Shown piece after piece: positions 24,946 through 37,998 of a stretch of 64,000 nucleotides of DNA. The stretch comes from Carcharhinus amblyrhynchos (lineage: Eukaryota). Where the stretch lies: the NCBI GenBank assembly GCA_965287045.1, contig OZ336881.1:52514001-52578000 (forward strand), read 5' to 3'. Made by a program: the position numbers and the translations under genes. The notes under the pieces were generated by a model. That model had not been told where the DNA came from. It was given only the letters and a program-made list of their open reading frames with translations, and searched no databases. Each line of letters starts with the position of its first letter. Within the stretch, counting starts at the first letter, position 1.

Positions 24946-26069
24946 TCAAATTATCTGAAACAAGTTAATACCTTTTCTCAAACAGTAAAGAGAAGAGTTT
25001 CAGAAGAATGTCTTAAACGGTTGTGAACTGGTATCCTGCGGTGAAATTGCAGGGCAGTGGTAAATCACAAAGGTAAAATGTATGAATCTGTCCTCCTGGC
25101 TTAGGGATTCATACATCAGGAGCAAATATCGGGGATTTAAATATGGAAGCAGCAGGACCTGGAAAGTGCTGATGGATTCTGTACCACTTCTTTTAAAGTC
25201 ACCTGATAGGAACGCGTTTTCTATAATCTAATCTTGTGTTTTGTTATTTGCTTGGTACAGTTTTCTTACTTTAAGCTAGTTGGATCAGCAGGGCTGCACT
25301 AAACTGGTGACTCTAAAAATGTGACAAAAAATTCTGATTAAACACCATAAAACCATAAGCTCCATGCAAAGGAACATTGAGGAAGAATGACAAGGATAAC
25401 TCCTGAAAGTCCAAGTTAGACTGAGAGCTACTGTTGAAACTGTGAAAATTAACTGGTAGTTTTTTTTTGCTTTAAGGGAGCTAACAGCCGTATTGATTGC
25501 TCAAGAGAAGATGACAAATGAAGAGCTTTCCAATCAACAATCAACAACTCTGGACCTTCTGAAGCATCTAAAGGCCTTAGAACAATGAAAAGGCCACCAG
25601 GGAAGGGAGACCACTTTAATAAATCAGTGTTATCTTAACTTTTAAGTGTTGTTGGTCTATAATGGATTAAAATAGATGGAAGAGAAATCATCAGACAACG
25701 AGGAATGGAGATTTCTGATTAAACCAATGCTATAGTGAAATTCTCTGTTTGTCAACTTGTGAAACATATGAATTAATCCAACAGTTTGTAATTGAAGAAA
25801 CATTACATATCGAAATTTTAAAAAAGGAAAATTCTCTGTTTCATCTTTTGATCTGGGATCCCTTATTCTAAATTTTTATAAATAGCTGCTCAACGCTGAA
25901 CAAGAAGTTGCAAATTATGCTTGGTTGAATCAGATAAGAATTGTCATTATCTCATGTAGTAGTTATTCCGCTACTTATACAAGTTGGAGGACTGTGATAA
26001 ATCTATTTAATGGTTGAAAAAGTTCTTAGCAGTTTCTTTAAATTTTCTTTTTTTTTCTTTTGGAGTCAT

Positions 26070-26580
26070 CGTTTAAATATTCCCCACTTGCCTGGATGGG
26101 TGGGGTGCAGCTCCAACAACACTCAAGAACGTTGACACAATCCAGGACAAAGCAGCCCACTTGATTGGCACCGCATGTACAAACATTCAATCCCTCCACC
26201 ATCAACTTTCAATAGCAGCAATGTGTAATATTTACATGATGCACTGAAGCAATTCAAAGATCGTTAGACAGCACCTTCCAAACCCACAACCACTTCCATG
26301 TAGAGGGACAAGGGCAGCAGGAACATGGGAACACCACCACCTGCAAACTTCCCTCCAAGGCACTCACCATCCTGACTTGGAAATATATCGCTATTCCTTC
26401 GCAGTTGCTGGGTCAAAATCCTCGAATTCCCTCCTTAACAGCATTGTGCGTTAACCCACAGAAAATGGACTGCAGCAATTCAAGAAGACAGCTCACCACC
26501 ACATTCTCAAAGGCAAGTCGGGATGGGCAATAAATGCTGGCCAGCCAGCAACGCCCATGTCCCACAAATGAATAAAAAAA
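26070..26580 (+). mobile_element. CR1-group LINE 3' part (GGGCAATAAATGCTGGCC-tail family)
   Basis: YSPLAWMG...AAPTTLKNVDTIQDKAAHLIG...WNSL-like motifs, ending gggcaataaatgctggccagccagcaacgcccatgtccc. Confidence 0.8.
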
Positions 26581-27907
26581 AGGAAACACATCAAAAATAG
26601 TAGAACCAACATCAGTGTTGTATTCTTACTATCCGACTCTTCCAAAAAAAACAAACTGTTTTCCTTGCCCAATATTAAATGATAGTTCTTAGGACTTTGC
26701 ATCAAATTACATATTAGCTTGATGTCTTCCTAAAAGAAGGTTTGCAACAACTATTCCCATTCTATTTGTGATAACAAGGCAATATTGCGTATTCCAAGGG
26801 GTACATGGGTACAAGGGGTGCATAAGACCCAGGACAAGAAAAACAGATCACTGTGAATGCATTAGGAATGGATCAACAAATTTTATCTGAAAGTGTGTTA
26901 CAAGAAATTACATCTGTTGTGTGGCAGCCTACCCGATTACTGTCAAACAAGCTATAACTTACAATAAAGGCTATAAATGATGCACTATTTTCCAATTGAT
27001 TTCCTGCTATTGTTGGCGAATTTCATTGATCTTATTTTATGAAATAAATAGACGAACACTAAAAGATTAGAATGATACATAATTTACAGCCAGTTAAGGA
27101 TCTGTTTTTCAATTATTTACCTGTAAACCGTAATTCACTTTACCAGGCACACAACACGCTGCAACCAATTCCTTGTCATAATTAAGAAAATGTTTTGCAT
27201 AAAAGATAATTGGAACTAACTTGTGGCTACTGGGGAATATCAAATTATATACATAGATTACATTATGGGTTATCGAACAATGCTAAATTCATTTCTTCAC
27301 TGACATGAACATTATGAGGGGAAGAAAGTCATTTGACGTCTTAGAGGGTGGTCATCCTTATCCTTTTCAGAGTCAATCCAGGGTCCCATGCCATGGTCAC
27401 TGGCAGAATCGATGTATTTTGGGTGGGCGTGGTGGGAGAGCAAGAACCTTGAGGGACAATGCTTACATGTGGAGGGTCCTTCAGGAAGAAGACCTGCGTT
27501 TCCTTGAAGCACACATGAGGAAGGCAATGGGAAACTCCCCCATGTATCCTTTACCCTAGTTATATTCCACATGTCTCTTCTGTTGCTCATTGAGCAAAGT
27601 GCAAGACTGGGAAGTGTAGAGAAGTGAACAGGGAACCTGCCCTTGGGACAGATCACCACCACTGTTTGATGGGCATCTGTGTCGAATAAATGGAGACGGT
27701 GGAGTAAGTCATCCACTGTGATAAATGCTTGTAAGTACACTGTATAAAAAAGTAGACTGCATTGGGATACCTTTGAACTTGTATAATGTTTGAAATGATA
27801 CTTGAAACTTGTACATCTGGTGTGCTAAGAGTAATTTTACAAATTGTAAATTTTAAACACTATATATTTAATGGAAGAAAAGATACACGTGCTGTTTTAA
27901 AGATCAA

Positions 27908-28068
27908 TGGATTGAATTTCCATGGCGATTGTCCTGTCATACGTTTGACGTAAAATCCATGGAAATTCTGGAGAAATGGTGCAAGAGAACATTTCTCTGG
28001 GCTTTCAATGGATCTTACGTCAAATTGCAATGGACAGTTGAAAGAATCCCTGTGGAATTTCAACTCCA
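27908..28068. repeat. Palindromic MITE (about 160-bp hairpin)
   Basis: Outer arms tggattgaatttccatgg / ctgtggaatttcaactcca; inner arms tttgacgtaaaatccatggaaa / tttcaatggatcttacgtcaaa. Confidence 0.75.
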
Positions 28069-28146
28069 AGGGTTCAATTCTAATTAGTTATCAGTCATCT
28101 TAGAAAAGCATATTAAAACAACTTTATCATAAATGAGGTACAAATG

Positions 28147-30310
28147 GAGCAATTTTCGTTGTCCTGCCTGGCACAGATTGTGCTAATCCAGGAAAATTGT
28201 ATGTGGTCTAAACATGGGTTTTACAGAGTGCTGAACGGATTGCAATTGTCCAACGTATTTCTACTGGTGCAAACTGAATGTTACCCAGAAGGAGGGCAAG
28301 GCTGACTAGCATATTTAAAAGTAGTATTTAAATATACTTAACCTGTTTGACGCAGGATTCTCCCGACCCTCAGGCACTAGTGCAGACCACGCCTGGGGGC
28401 TCGGAGGCCATTGAAGCCCATGAATGGCCAGATACATGGATGGACAGTGCCCATCTGGCAGAGGCCCAACTGCATATGCCCCATAGTGTGCAAGCCCTCT
28501 CTGATGGCCCTCTGAGACTAGGTCAAGCTCTGGGGCACTTCAGCGATAGCGCTTTGCGACTGGGCCAAATTCTGGGGCCCCTCAGTGTTAGCCCTCTGAG
28601 ACTAGTCCAAGCTCTTGAGGCCTGCAGGCAGGGTCAGCTCTGTCTCCGGAATGCCTCTGCGACCCATAGCCATGGCCCAATGTCTCCAGAATGCCAGCAA
28701 CATCCTCGGTATGGTCTGCTGTGTCTTGCCATGGCCCACTGTGTCTCCAGAATGCCCTGGATCCTATCACCCATAGTGACCATTTCTTGTCACAGGCTTT
28801 CCACTGCAGATGCCACCCTTGCAGTTTTGATCTGGGTATGATGCAATGCCAGCATCATGTCTTGTGGCAGAAGTTTGTTGGACACTTCCAAACAGTCTCA
28901 CAGTTGCTGCAGAGATGCCGACAGCACTTCCTGCATTCCTGACTCTGTTGATGAATCTCCTGCAGCTTCGGGATGATCGATCCCAGAGGCCAGGCACCTG
29001 CCTTGCTTCCAGCAGACCTCCCCATGCCCGAGGCCTCAGATATTTCCGCCTCTACCTAATGTGCACCTACGACTGTGATGTGTGCACCAGTAAGTGATTC
29101 AGAAGCCTCACCTCTAACTTGTCCCATATGGTGACTGTATCTGCACTGGTGGATTGTGAGTGGAGGCCTGTGTCAAATGGATCGCGCTGGCCTCGGAGGA
29201 TACCTCGGGCCCTTCCTCCGCGGTTTCCTCTAAGATGTCGTGGGGCATCTCAGCAGGAAGTATGGAGACTCCAGATGGGCCAGGTGCATCGGGGTCATTT
29301 CCTGCAACAAAGGACACAAGGATCAGTGCAAAGAAGGGACAAGTGTCTGGGCAGCACACCACTAACTTGAGATATGTAAAAAGAGTGAAAGTTTTGTAGA
29401 TACTCACTTCCATGTTGCAAGCTGACCTGGCTGATGTTAACGTTTCATTCCTTGCCCTCCCCCACTAGCTCCAGTACTTCCCAAAGGCAGTGAGGAGGCA
29501 CACAGTAGAAACCTCACCTCCAGTTTTCTCCCACTCTTGGTGGTTATGTGCTCTCTTATCCTGCAGGAATAGATGGAGGGATTGAAAGTCTCATGGCTGG
29601 ATGGGCCAGGGGTGTTGGAGGTGTTGAAACTGATGTCGATTGAGTGGGGTTTGTTAGAGCATTACCTTGATAGGCAGGGGTTTTAATGGGTGTTGCCAGA
29701 GAGGTTGGAGTAAGGTGCTGGGAGGGTCAGTGCTGGAAGACTGGGGCATCAGGAGGTGGATCAACATTGCAGGTGCAACAGACAGGACTGATGTCAGGAT
29801 GGGATGGACACTCACCCTTCTGTCCTGAAGGAGATCATTCACCTTCTTCCAATACTGGTTGCTGGTTTTTCATGCCAGTGCACGGGCACTGATAGCTGCA
29901 GCCACAGTCTCCCAGGCTGCATTGCCACATTGATCATCATCCATCCGGGGAGAAGAATATTGCTCGCCTCTCCTCTACAGCAGACAGCCCAGCTCTCCCT
30001 CAGTGAATCATGGGGCACTTTTTTTGGGTGCCAATTTCTTGGCATGATTGTCTGTACGTCCATCATTAGGGCTTACATGCATCCCTCCCTTGTTAGCAGT
30101 GGACAATTGCAGCCACGTTGGTTGGGTCTCATGCCCAGAGGGTCTGTTCTGGTGAGAATTGGCAGCTCTTTCATTACACTAAGTGTCGAAAAACTGCAGT
30201 CCCTGTCTCGCTGAAAAAAACCAGTGCAAATAACTCATGCACTCTTGCTCTTCAACACTTATTGTTTGGAAAGATTGTGCCCTTAGTAATTTTTTTGGAA
30301 AAATTCCGTC
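28147..30310 (-). mobile_element. Non-autonomous PIF/Harbinger element with decayed Myb/SANT-like gene
   Basis: Exon 1 KKSAP*FTEGEL...AAWETVAAAISARALA*KTSNQYWKKVNDLLQDRR|gtgagt (ends 29816); exon 2 29408-29560 DKRAHNHQEWEKTGGEV; 42-bp coding repeats at 28490-28630. Confidence 0.8.
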
Positions 30311-30312
30311 CA

Positions 30313-30635
30313 ATCATAGAATCCCACAGTGCAGAAGGAGGCCATTCGGCCCATCAAACCTGTACCAACCACAATCCCACCCAGGCACTATCCCCACAGT
30401 CCCACACATTTACCTTAGCTAGTTCCCCTGACACTAAGGGACAATTTGAGTATGGCCAATCCACCTAACCTACAAATCTTTGGGCTGTGGGAGGAAACCG
30501 GAGCACCCCGAGGAAACGTACACAGACGCGGGGAGAACGTGCAAATGCCACACAGACAGTGACCCGAAGTCGGAATTGAGTGCAGGTTCCTGGCACTGTG
30601 AAGCAGCAGTGCTAACCACTGTGTCACTGTACCAC
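30313..30635 (-). mobile_element. HE1-type V-SINE
   Basis: Full head, V-domain and tail. Confidence 0.9.
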
Positions 30636-31941
30636 CTCTGAAGCTTGGTCAGAATCAAGCTTTAAATAGCACAGCCCATTTATAATACTTCCTTTCTATC
30701 ACATGAGTTTAAGTTCTCTTCTTCTCAGGCTGTCTCCTCAACAGCTTTAGCAATAGTTATCTGCCCTCTTGAAACCCCAGTTCACAAGTCTCAGTGACAA
30801 ACCCTGATGTCCAGCTGGCAAAATGGAAAAAAAACTGTTAGGTACTCCAAATAAAATCCTGTCCAAATTCACAATTACAAGTGGGGTCTTTTGACACACA
30901 ATGTGGCATGCACAGCAATTTCCTTGTTTCCATCCTTCATGTTGAGCAGGAAGTTAGAGAAAGATATGGAGGGAGATTTACGTATTAACTGGCACAGAGG
31001 AAAATTTAAAAGCAAGTGTCGTGCATCCCAAATAGAATCTGTCTGATTTTCCTCCCATTTCTTTCAAACATCCTTTCTTTGCACTCCATCCAACTAATGC
31101 CTAAGTGGTAAATACAAAACTCCACCTCATGGTTTTCCAGATACTCTTTTAGATTACTTGGGCAGTCTGTGTAATTATTGTGATTTCATTATCGTTTGAT
31201 CACAATCTTTTTAACTCTGGCATCGCAAAAGAACATCTACTGCTCTGACATTTCAGCATTAAAGCTAAAGAAACTGATTACATGGCACAGTGAGCTGATG
31301 CTTAAATACTATGAAGTGGGTAGTTGCGAGTCATGTAAGCAATTTATCACGTTGCAAATTCCCATTCAACCATGCCTCAGTCTTCAGACTGTTCTTGGTA
31401 GAGAGGAGGGAAAAAATAGAAAGGAAGATCCATTCAGTTTTCAAACATCTTATAGAATTACTTAAGGAGGGTGAAAACTTGGGGATATCCTGTCTGCCAT
31501 GAAGTACCCATTGGGACCTATAGCATTGACCCCTCCAGGATTAAGGGGAGGCTCCCTCACTATCCCACTAAAATCAGATGCCTATGACATTAGAGAGATG
31601 CCCGGGTTCTTTCTGGAAAGACAAGAAAGATGTTTTCTGCACCTTTGTACGGGAGTCCATAAAATACATTCAAAAATATTAATTTTTACCTTCTAGCTTT
31701 AGACTATGACAGGGGCCTGGACTTCCATGGGGTAGGTCCCTATCTTACATTTTTTTTTATAGGTACCTTTCAGTACATCTAACCAAAAAAGCCAGTTCAA
31801 ATTAAGGCCAATCATGCCCCTCTCATGAGGAACAATGAGGAACCAGATCCAAGCTGACAAGACATTGCATCCTATCTTGGGCTCAATCAAACAAGATCCA
31901 AGCTGACAGGATGAGGCATTGCACTCCATCCCAGGCTTGAT

Positions 31942-31976
31942 CTGACATTTCATCTTAGCCAAAAGGCCAAGATAGC
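31942..31976 (-). pseudogene. U2 snRNA 5' fragment (about nt 4-36) heading a repeat
   Basis: Minus strand GCTATCTTGGCCTTTTGGCTAAGATGAAATGTCAG versus U2 GCTTCTCGGCCTTTTGGCTAAGATCAAGTGTAG (17-nt exact core); the rest of U2 is absent. Confidence 0.7.
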
Positions 31977-32937
31977 TTTGAAAAATTGCATCAAGTAAAG
32001 CCTCACTTTAACTTCACTGACTATCCTAATTCTTTACTCTACCCTAGCTAAGGCAAACAATGATCACAGGATTCGGCGCGCCCCCACAGCAATGAGCTAG
32101 CCTCGTCCCCTGTCTAATCTTGACCCCGGCCAGGTACATATGATGGTCTGGAATCATTAACATGTTCTGAGAGGTGATTGAGAAACTGACAATGTCGGAA
32201 CTTTGAACATGGGATTCCTGTCTCTGACCATGCCCTACTGGCCGTGCTTGCGACAGGTTGAGATTCTAACCCTGAAATGGCCCGGATGAATCTCTAATGC
32301 ATGGCTGGAAGCTGGCATATCCAGGTCCTGGCCTAACCTATTGTCCTGCTGGAGTACACCCACCTGAGTTATAGTGAAAATACACCAGAAAGGCTGTGCT
32401 TTTTCAGCTGCAAGGTTTCCTTTGCCACCTGTCAGTAGCTGAGCTGATGATTGATGAGTGACTAGAGAAATCTCAAATAGACTTGAAAATAAAATTAATT
32501 GAAAATGTGTAGAAAAATTGAACATCATGATTCTTGTGATGCAGGCTATTAGTTTTCTATGATTTATATTTTCCTGCATTACAACAGGAAAATTGACCCA
32601 AATCTTCCAGTCACTGAGTAGCACATCAGAAGCCTGTAAAAATCCTGACATGTCCACTTACAGATTTACCTCACTCACCTCGCCACCCAACCCATTCATT
32701 CACAAATATTAATTCGCTAACATTCAAACTGGACTTTTAAGCTTACATTACAGCAGCTGGTGCTGTAAAAGGGCACATCATGCCTTCATCTGATGTTACT
32801 CAGCTGCAGTGGGGTTCTCCGAGGGAGACTGAACTCTACATTTCTGGTAAAGTTGGGCTTGGAAGGTGCAGCAAGAAATGCAGAGCAGCGTCGAATCGGT
32901 AGGGTGGGGGGGGTGGGTGCGGTGGTGGTGGTGAGGA

Positions 32938-33250
32938 GGGCACAGTGGCACAGTGGCACAGTTAGTAATGCTGCCTCACAGCGGCAGGGACCTGGGTTCA
33001 ATTCCGCTCTCAGGTCACTGTGTGGAGTCTGCACATTCTCCCCATGCCTGCCTGGGTTTTCTCTGGGTGCTCCAGTTTCCTCCCACAGTCCAAAGATGTG
33101 TGCATTAGGTTGATTGGCCATGTTAAATTGACCCTAGTGTCGTGTGATTAGGAGGGTAAATCTGTGGTGTTATGGGAATAGAGCCTGAGTGGGACTATGG
33201 TCAATGAGCCAAATGACCTCCTTCTGTACTGTAGGGATTCTATGTCTATG
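32938..33250 (+). mobile_element. HE1-type V-SINE
   Basis: Duplicated ggcacagt head, B box ggttcaattcc, V-domain, (attctatg) tail. Confidence 0.9.
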
Positions 33251-33549
33251 TTGAGTGGAGCTGGCGATGGTTGCTACTCTTTGGGAGATCTAGGCCTTTG
33301 AGGCATCCTGAGATTGTGACAGACACTAAAAAATTGTAAGCTTTTCTTTCTTGAAATTATTTATCCTAATTAATTACTGAGGAAGCAAAGGGGGAGCTGT
33401 TTTTAAAACAGTTACTGTAGCAACTTGCTTTTCAATTGTGCCTTTAATCATAGAATCCCTACAGAAGCCATTTGGCCCCTCAAACCTACACCAACAACAA
33501 TCCCACCCAGGTCTCATCCCCAAATGCATTTTCACATGTTAAAGCACAT

Positions 33550-33870
33550 GGGCAGCATGGTGGCACAGTGGTTAGCACTGCTGCCTTACAACACCAGAGT
33601 CCCAGGTTCAATTCCGGCCTCGGGTCACTGTCTGTATGTAGTTTGCATATTCTCCCTATGTCTGTGTGGGTTTCTTCTGGGTGCTCTGGTTTCTTCCCAC
33701 AGTCCAAAGATGTGCGGGTTAGGTTGTTTGGCCATGCTAAACTGATCCTAGTGTCAGGGGGATTGGTATAATAAACATGTGTGGTTACGGGAATAGGGCT
33801 AGGATGGGATTATGATCCGTACAGACTTGATGGGCCAATGGCCTCCTTCTGTACTGTAGGGATTCTGAGG
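33550..33870 (+). mobile_element. HE1-type V-SINE (preceded by an inverted tail fragment at 33447-33525)
   Basis: Full head, V-domain and tail. Confidence 0.9.
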
Positions 33871-36099
33871 TTCACAAGTGAGTCATCAAAGAAACTCTGG
33901 CACTGAAGCATCTTCGGAGGTATTAGACCAGATGACCAAAAGCATTGTCAAAGAGGTAGATTTGAAGCAGCATTTTAAATGAGAGGAGAAGTAAAGAAGC
34001 AGAAGATTATTCCAGAATTCAGGAAGCCAAAGGCGTAGCCATTAGGGGCTTGCATTCCTGGTCACTTTCCCACAACCTGTGTTTGAGTGGAGAAAGAGGT
34101 CTTCAGTGGGCTCAGAATCAGACTGAGTGTTGATGCTCGATAGAGTACACATGAAGAATGACAATGTGGGCAAGGCCAACATGGCACCAGTGGAATTATA
34201 GCCAAGAACTGCCAAGGAGAGGCAGGGTTGGCAGGGCAAAACGGAAATATTGGCGACCAGTCAATCCAACAGAAGTAAAATCAGTATGCGGAAAGCAATG
34301 GAATTGACGGAATGCTTGATTCCTGTCCGAAGTTAAGATTCAGAGAGAGACGCTGCCTTTCTCACCAGCAAGGTGGGAAAGTTAGAGATAGAGGGAACCA
34401 GAGTTGCTTTCACTAACAACCAGCCAGAGAGTTGTGAAATAGTCTACTCAGCAGAGATTGGGTTTGTAATTGCCCTTTTAGTTAGACAAACTGATAAGAG
34501 AATAAAAGAATAGCTACAAATCAAATAGTAGTTCTTTATTAACAGCTGTTGTGGTGCCACAATAACATCTGTGTTGGTGAATCACTTGTGTTATAGATTA
34601 TGGGGATAAAGTTAGGATAATAAGGACACAACTGCATGAGTAAATTAAAAGTGGAAAAAATAGACAGCAATAGAAAATTGCTTGGATGATAGAAAAAGAG
34701 AAGGGCCAAAGACTTCCAGCTCCTCCTGGCAGAATCCTCCAGTCCATCTGGTGGCGGCCCGCACCCCACTCCCCCTCACATTAACCCCCATGGGAATGGG
34801 CCATGCAAAACTTCCAAGATGTCGGCAGATCCAATGCTACTGGAAAATATGCCCCCGGGGAATATGGTGGAAAATCCCACCCAAGATTTGAAATTGTATT
34901 GTTTCAGCCAACAGGAAAGGGGCAGATACAGCTGTTCATAAAAGTTGAATGGAAAAAGGGAAAATTCTAAAATTGGAAGGCCGCAGGGATAGGGGCTGTA
35001 GTTATCGAGAACTGAAAAAACAGAGGACTAGAGAAAGGGAGGATTTGGATGTGAAAAATTTCTTTCGGAAAATTATGAATAAAGTTGCCACAAATATATA
35101 GATAAATAATTGTTAAAAGAGCATCACAGAGAGATGTGCAATATAAATATTACAAATGGCAACCAAGGTGGAATGTTGTATGTTCCCTCCCCCAAGGCAA
35201 GTTTGGTGGGAAGGGGAAGAGGAGGCAGAGGGGGCTGCAATTCATCAAGCGGGAGGGTGGTGAGTAGGCAATGTCTCAGCTCCACTTCAATTAAGGTCGT
35301 GGCATGAAGGTCCATGGACAGCTTTCATACTCTGTCACCAATTGAGGCCCTCAAATGGGCAGTTAAAACCCACTGAAGGGCCTTAACCTGCCACCAGGTG
35401 GCAGTGGCAGGCGGGGACACACCAGGGAGGGAGCATGACAACCAAACTTGAGTTGAGTTGCTTACAAGCTCCTGCAGGGCGGGTTCCTTCTTTATAGGCT
35501 TTCATGCGTGATTAAGGACCATGCATCAGGAAGCAAAGGGTCTGCTGAAAGACATATATAATGGCCTTGCTGCTGATCAACAACCACCCAAATCCTTAAC
35601 CCTCAAGCCTTCCCCCCACCCCCTGTTCCCCTCCTCCACCCTATGACCCACATCCCATGACCTCTCTCCTGCCACCATTTGCCTCTTGCTTAAAATACAA
35701 CAACAATACTAGGCCTCGGGTGGATGTTATACTGGCAGTAGCCACTTTGGTGGCGCTGCCATTCAATAGAGCTGCTGGCCAATTAGAGGCCAGCAGCTCT
35801 CAGCCAACAGGACCTCCACCCCCTTGGCAACTTGGATCTCATGGCCCACTGCTGGCCTATCAAGTGGAACAAGGTGTGGCAGGCCTTCTGAAAAGAGGCT
35901 CTCAAGCCAGCAGTCAAATATCCTGTTGCTTAAGATTTCACCCTAAATGGCAGCCACAAAAACAAGTATATTATGTCTCTTCACAACTCAGCTTCCTTTA
36001 TTATTTAACTGACTTTTAAATGAACAGTAATGAAGAAAATGCATCTCACCATGTCAGTTTATTTTAATAAGGGGCGTGGTGGTGAGCTCAACCTCTTTT

Positions 36100-37780
36100 G
36101 AAACTTGGATTGATTCTGGGTGCATGTGAAATTAGAATCAAGAATAATAATGCAACTACATCCTTCCTCAAATAAGGGAACCAAAACTCTGCATGATACT
36201 CCAGGTGCAGGCTTGTACAGTTGAAATGATATTTCCCTATTTTATACTCTATTCCACTAGCAATTAATGGCAAAATTCCATTTGCCTTCCTTATACCATC
36301 TGTAATTACACACTAGTTTTCCGAGATTCATGCACGAGGATATCCAAATCCCTTTGCACAAAAGCACTCTGAAGTTTCTCTTCATTTAGATAATAATAAG
36401 TTGTCTTTCTATTTTTCTCATGGATAACCTCACACTGATCCACATTAAAACCATCTGCCACATTTTGGCCCCTCACCTAACCTACCCATATACATTTGCA
36501 AATTATTTTATTTCTTTATCGTACTTAATATCCCATCTATTTTAGTATAATCTACAAATTTGGCATCTATCTCTGTACCCAAGTCATTAATTTTGATTGT
36601 AAATAATTGGGGCCCAAGGATTGAATCCTGTGGTATCTCACTAGTTACATCCTGCCAATCAAAAAAAGACCCATATATCCTGACTCTTCTCTTTCTGTTG
36701 GTTAGCCAGCCCTCTATCCAAGCTAATAAATTACCCTTAATCCCTTGTGATCTGACCTTGTGTACCTTTTGTGTGGCACTTTAGCAAATGCTTTCTAGAA
36801 GTCCAGATATACTACATCGACAGGATCCCCATTATCCACCTTTTTTGTTACATCTTTGAAAAGCCCTAGCAAATTAGTCAAACACAATTTACCCTTACGG
36901 ATTGCATTTTGATCTTCCAAATATTATTATTTCCTGTTATTATTTCCTTATTAATGGATTCTAACAATTTCCCAACAGCTTATGTTAAACTAACTGGTCT
37001 ATAGTTTCCTACTTCCTGTTTCCTTCCCTTTTTGAATAAGGGCTTACGTTCACATTTTTCCATTCCATTGGAGTCTTTCCTCCTTCAGGGAATTTTGGAA
37101 CGGGTCCACTATTGCTGCTGCCACTCTTTTAATACCCTGGGATGTAAGCCATATGTTTGCCTTCAACCCCAATAGTTTGCTTTGCATTTCTTTCCTATGA
37201 TGATGATTGTTCTAAAAACCTCCTTTTCTACTAGTCCTGCATTATCTGTTACTATTGGGATGGTATTAGTGTCCTCCATCATGAAAACTGAGGCAAAATA
37301 CTGATTTAATTTCTCTGCCGTTTCTCAGTTCCTAAATACTAATTGTCCACTCTCACCGTCCAAAGGACAAAAATTCACTTCAGCTACTCTCTTCCCTTTT
37401 ATATGTTTATAGAAAGTTTGCTAACCTTTATTTATGTTTTGTGCTAGTTTTCTTTCATGGTTTACCTTTGCGCTTTGTGTTACTTACTTAGTAATTCTTT
37501 GTTGACCTTGAAAAGTTTCCCAATCTTCCAGCCTGCTACTGGCCTTTGCAATATGGCATACTTTAACTTTTGTCTTGGTGTTATCTTTAACTTCCTTGCT
37601 TGTCCATGGATGTTTCTCCACTTCTTACAATCTTTCTTCCTCTTTGGAATGTATTTTATTTGGGAGGAATTGACTTTCTTCTGAAACAACTGTCACTGAT
37701 TGTCAACTGTCCTCCCTTTTAGTCTTCCTATCCAGTCCATGAGGGCCATATCTGTCCCTATGCCTATGAAATTATTTTTG
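36100..37780 (-). mobile_element. Old CR1 LINE ORF2 fragment
   Basis: LEYHAEFWFPYLRKDVVAL, VTSEIPQDSILGPQLF, VVYLDF*KAFAKV, LNQYFASVF motifs on the minus strand; ends about 55 bp from the exon 32 donor. Confidence 0.85.
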
Positions 37781-37836
37781 TTTAGCTCTGGTTAAATTAT
37801 ATTTGGACTGAATATTAATGTAAAATGCAAACTTAC

Positions 37837-37998
37837 CAGTCACGTTGTATGTTTGCTCATTGCCAGTGTAGATAAGTTTGCCGTCTTTGAACATTGTATA
37901 ATTGGTGATTATACCATTTGGTTGCTTTGGTGAAGGCCATGATACCAGTAATGATGTAGGAAAAGACACAGCAGTTGGAGTCTGAACATCTTTCGGAG
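37837..37998 (-). CDS. USH2A: Usherin exon (human exon 32 equivalent), 162 bp
   Basis: ttttgttttag|CTCCGAAA...GTGACTG|gtaagt; encodes (A)PKDVQTPTAVSFPTSLLVSWPSPKQPNGIITNYTMFKDGKLIYTGNEQTYNVT. Confidence 0.96.

Noticed and set aside
32000-32360. CpG-containing block with a PYWP motif, possible DIRS remnant
   Set aside because: Four-residue motif only; not enough to classify.
33550-33625. tRNA gene candidates at SINE heads
   Set aside because: A/B-box remnants run straight into SINE bodies and do not form a full cloverleaf.
32786-33771. Overlapping 100-aa ORFs on both strands (also 8560-9003, 23357-23753, 55710-55968)
   Set aside because: They are translations of HE1 SINE or CR1 sequence; the same pseudo-peptides recur at each copy.
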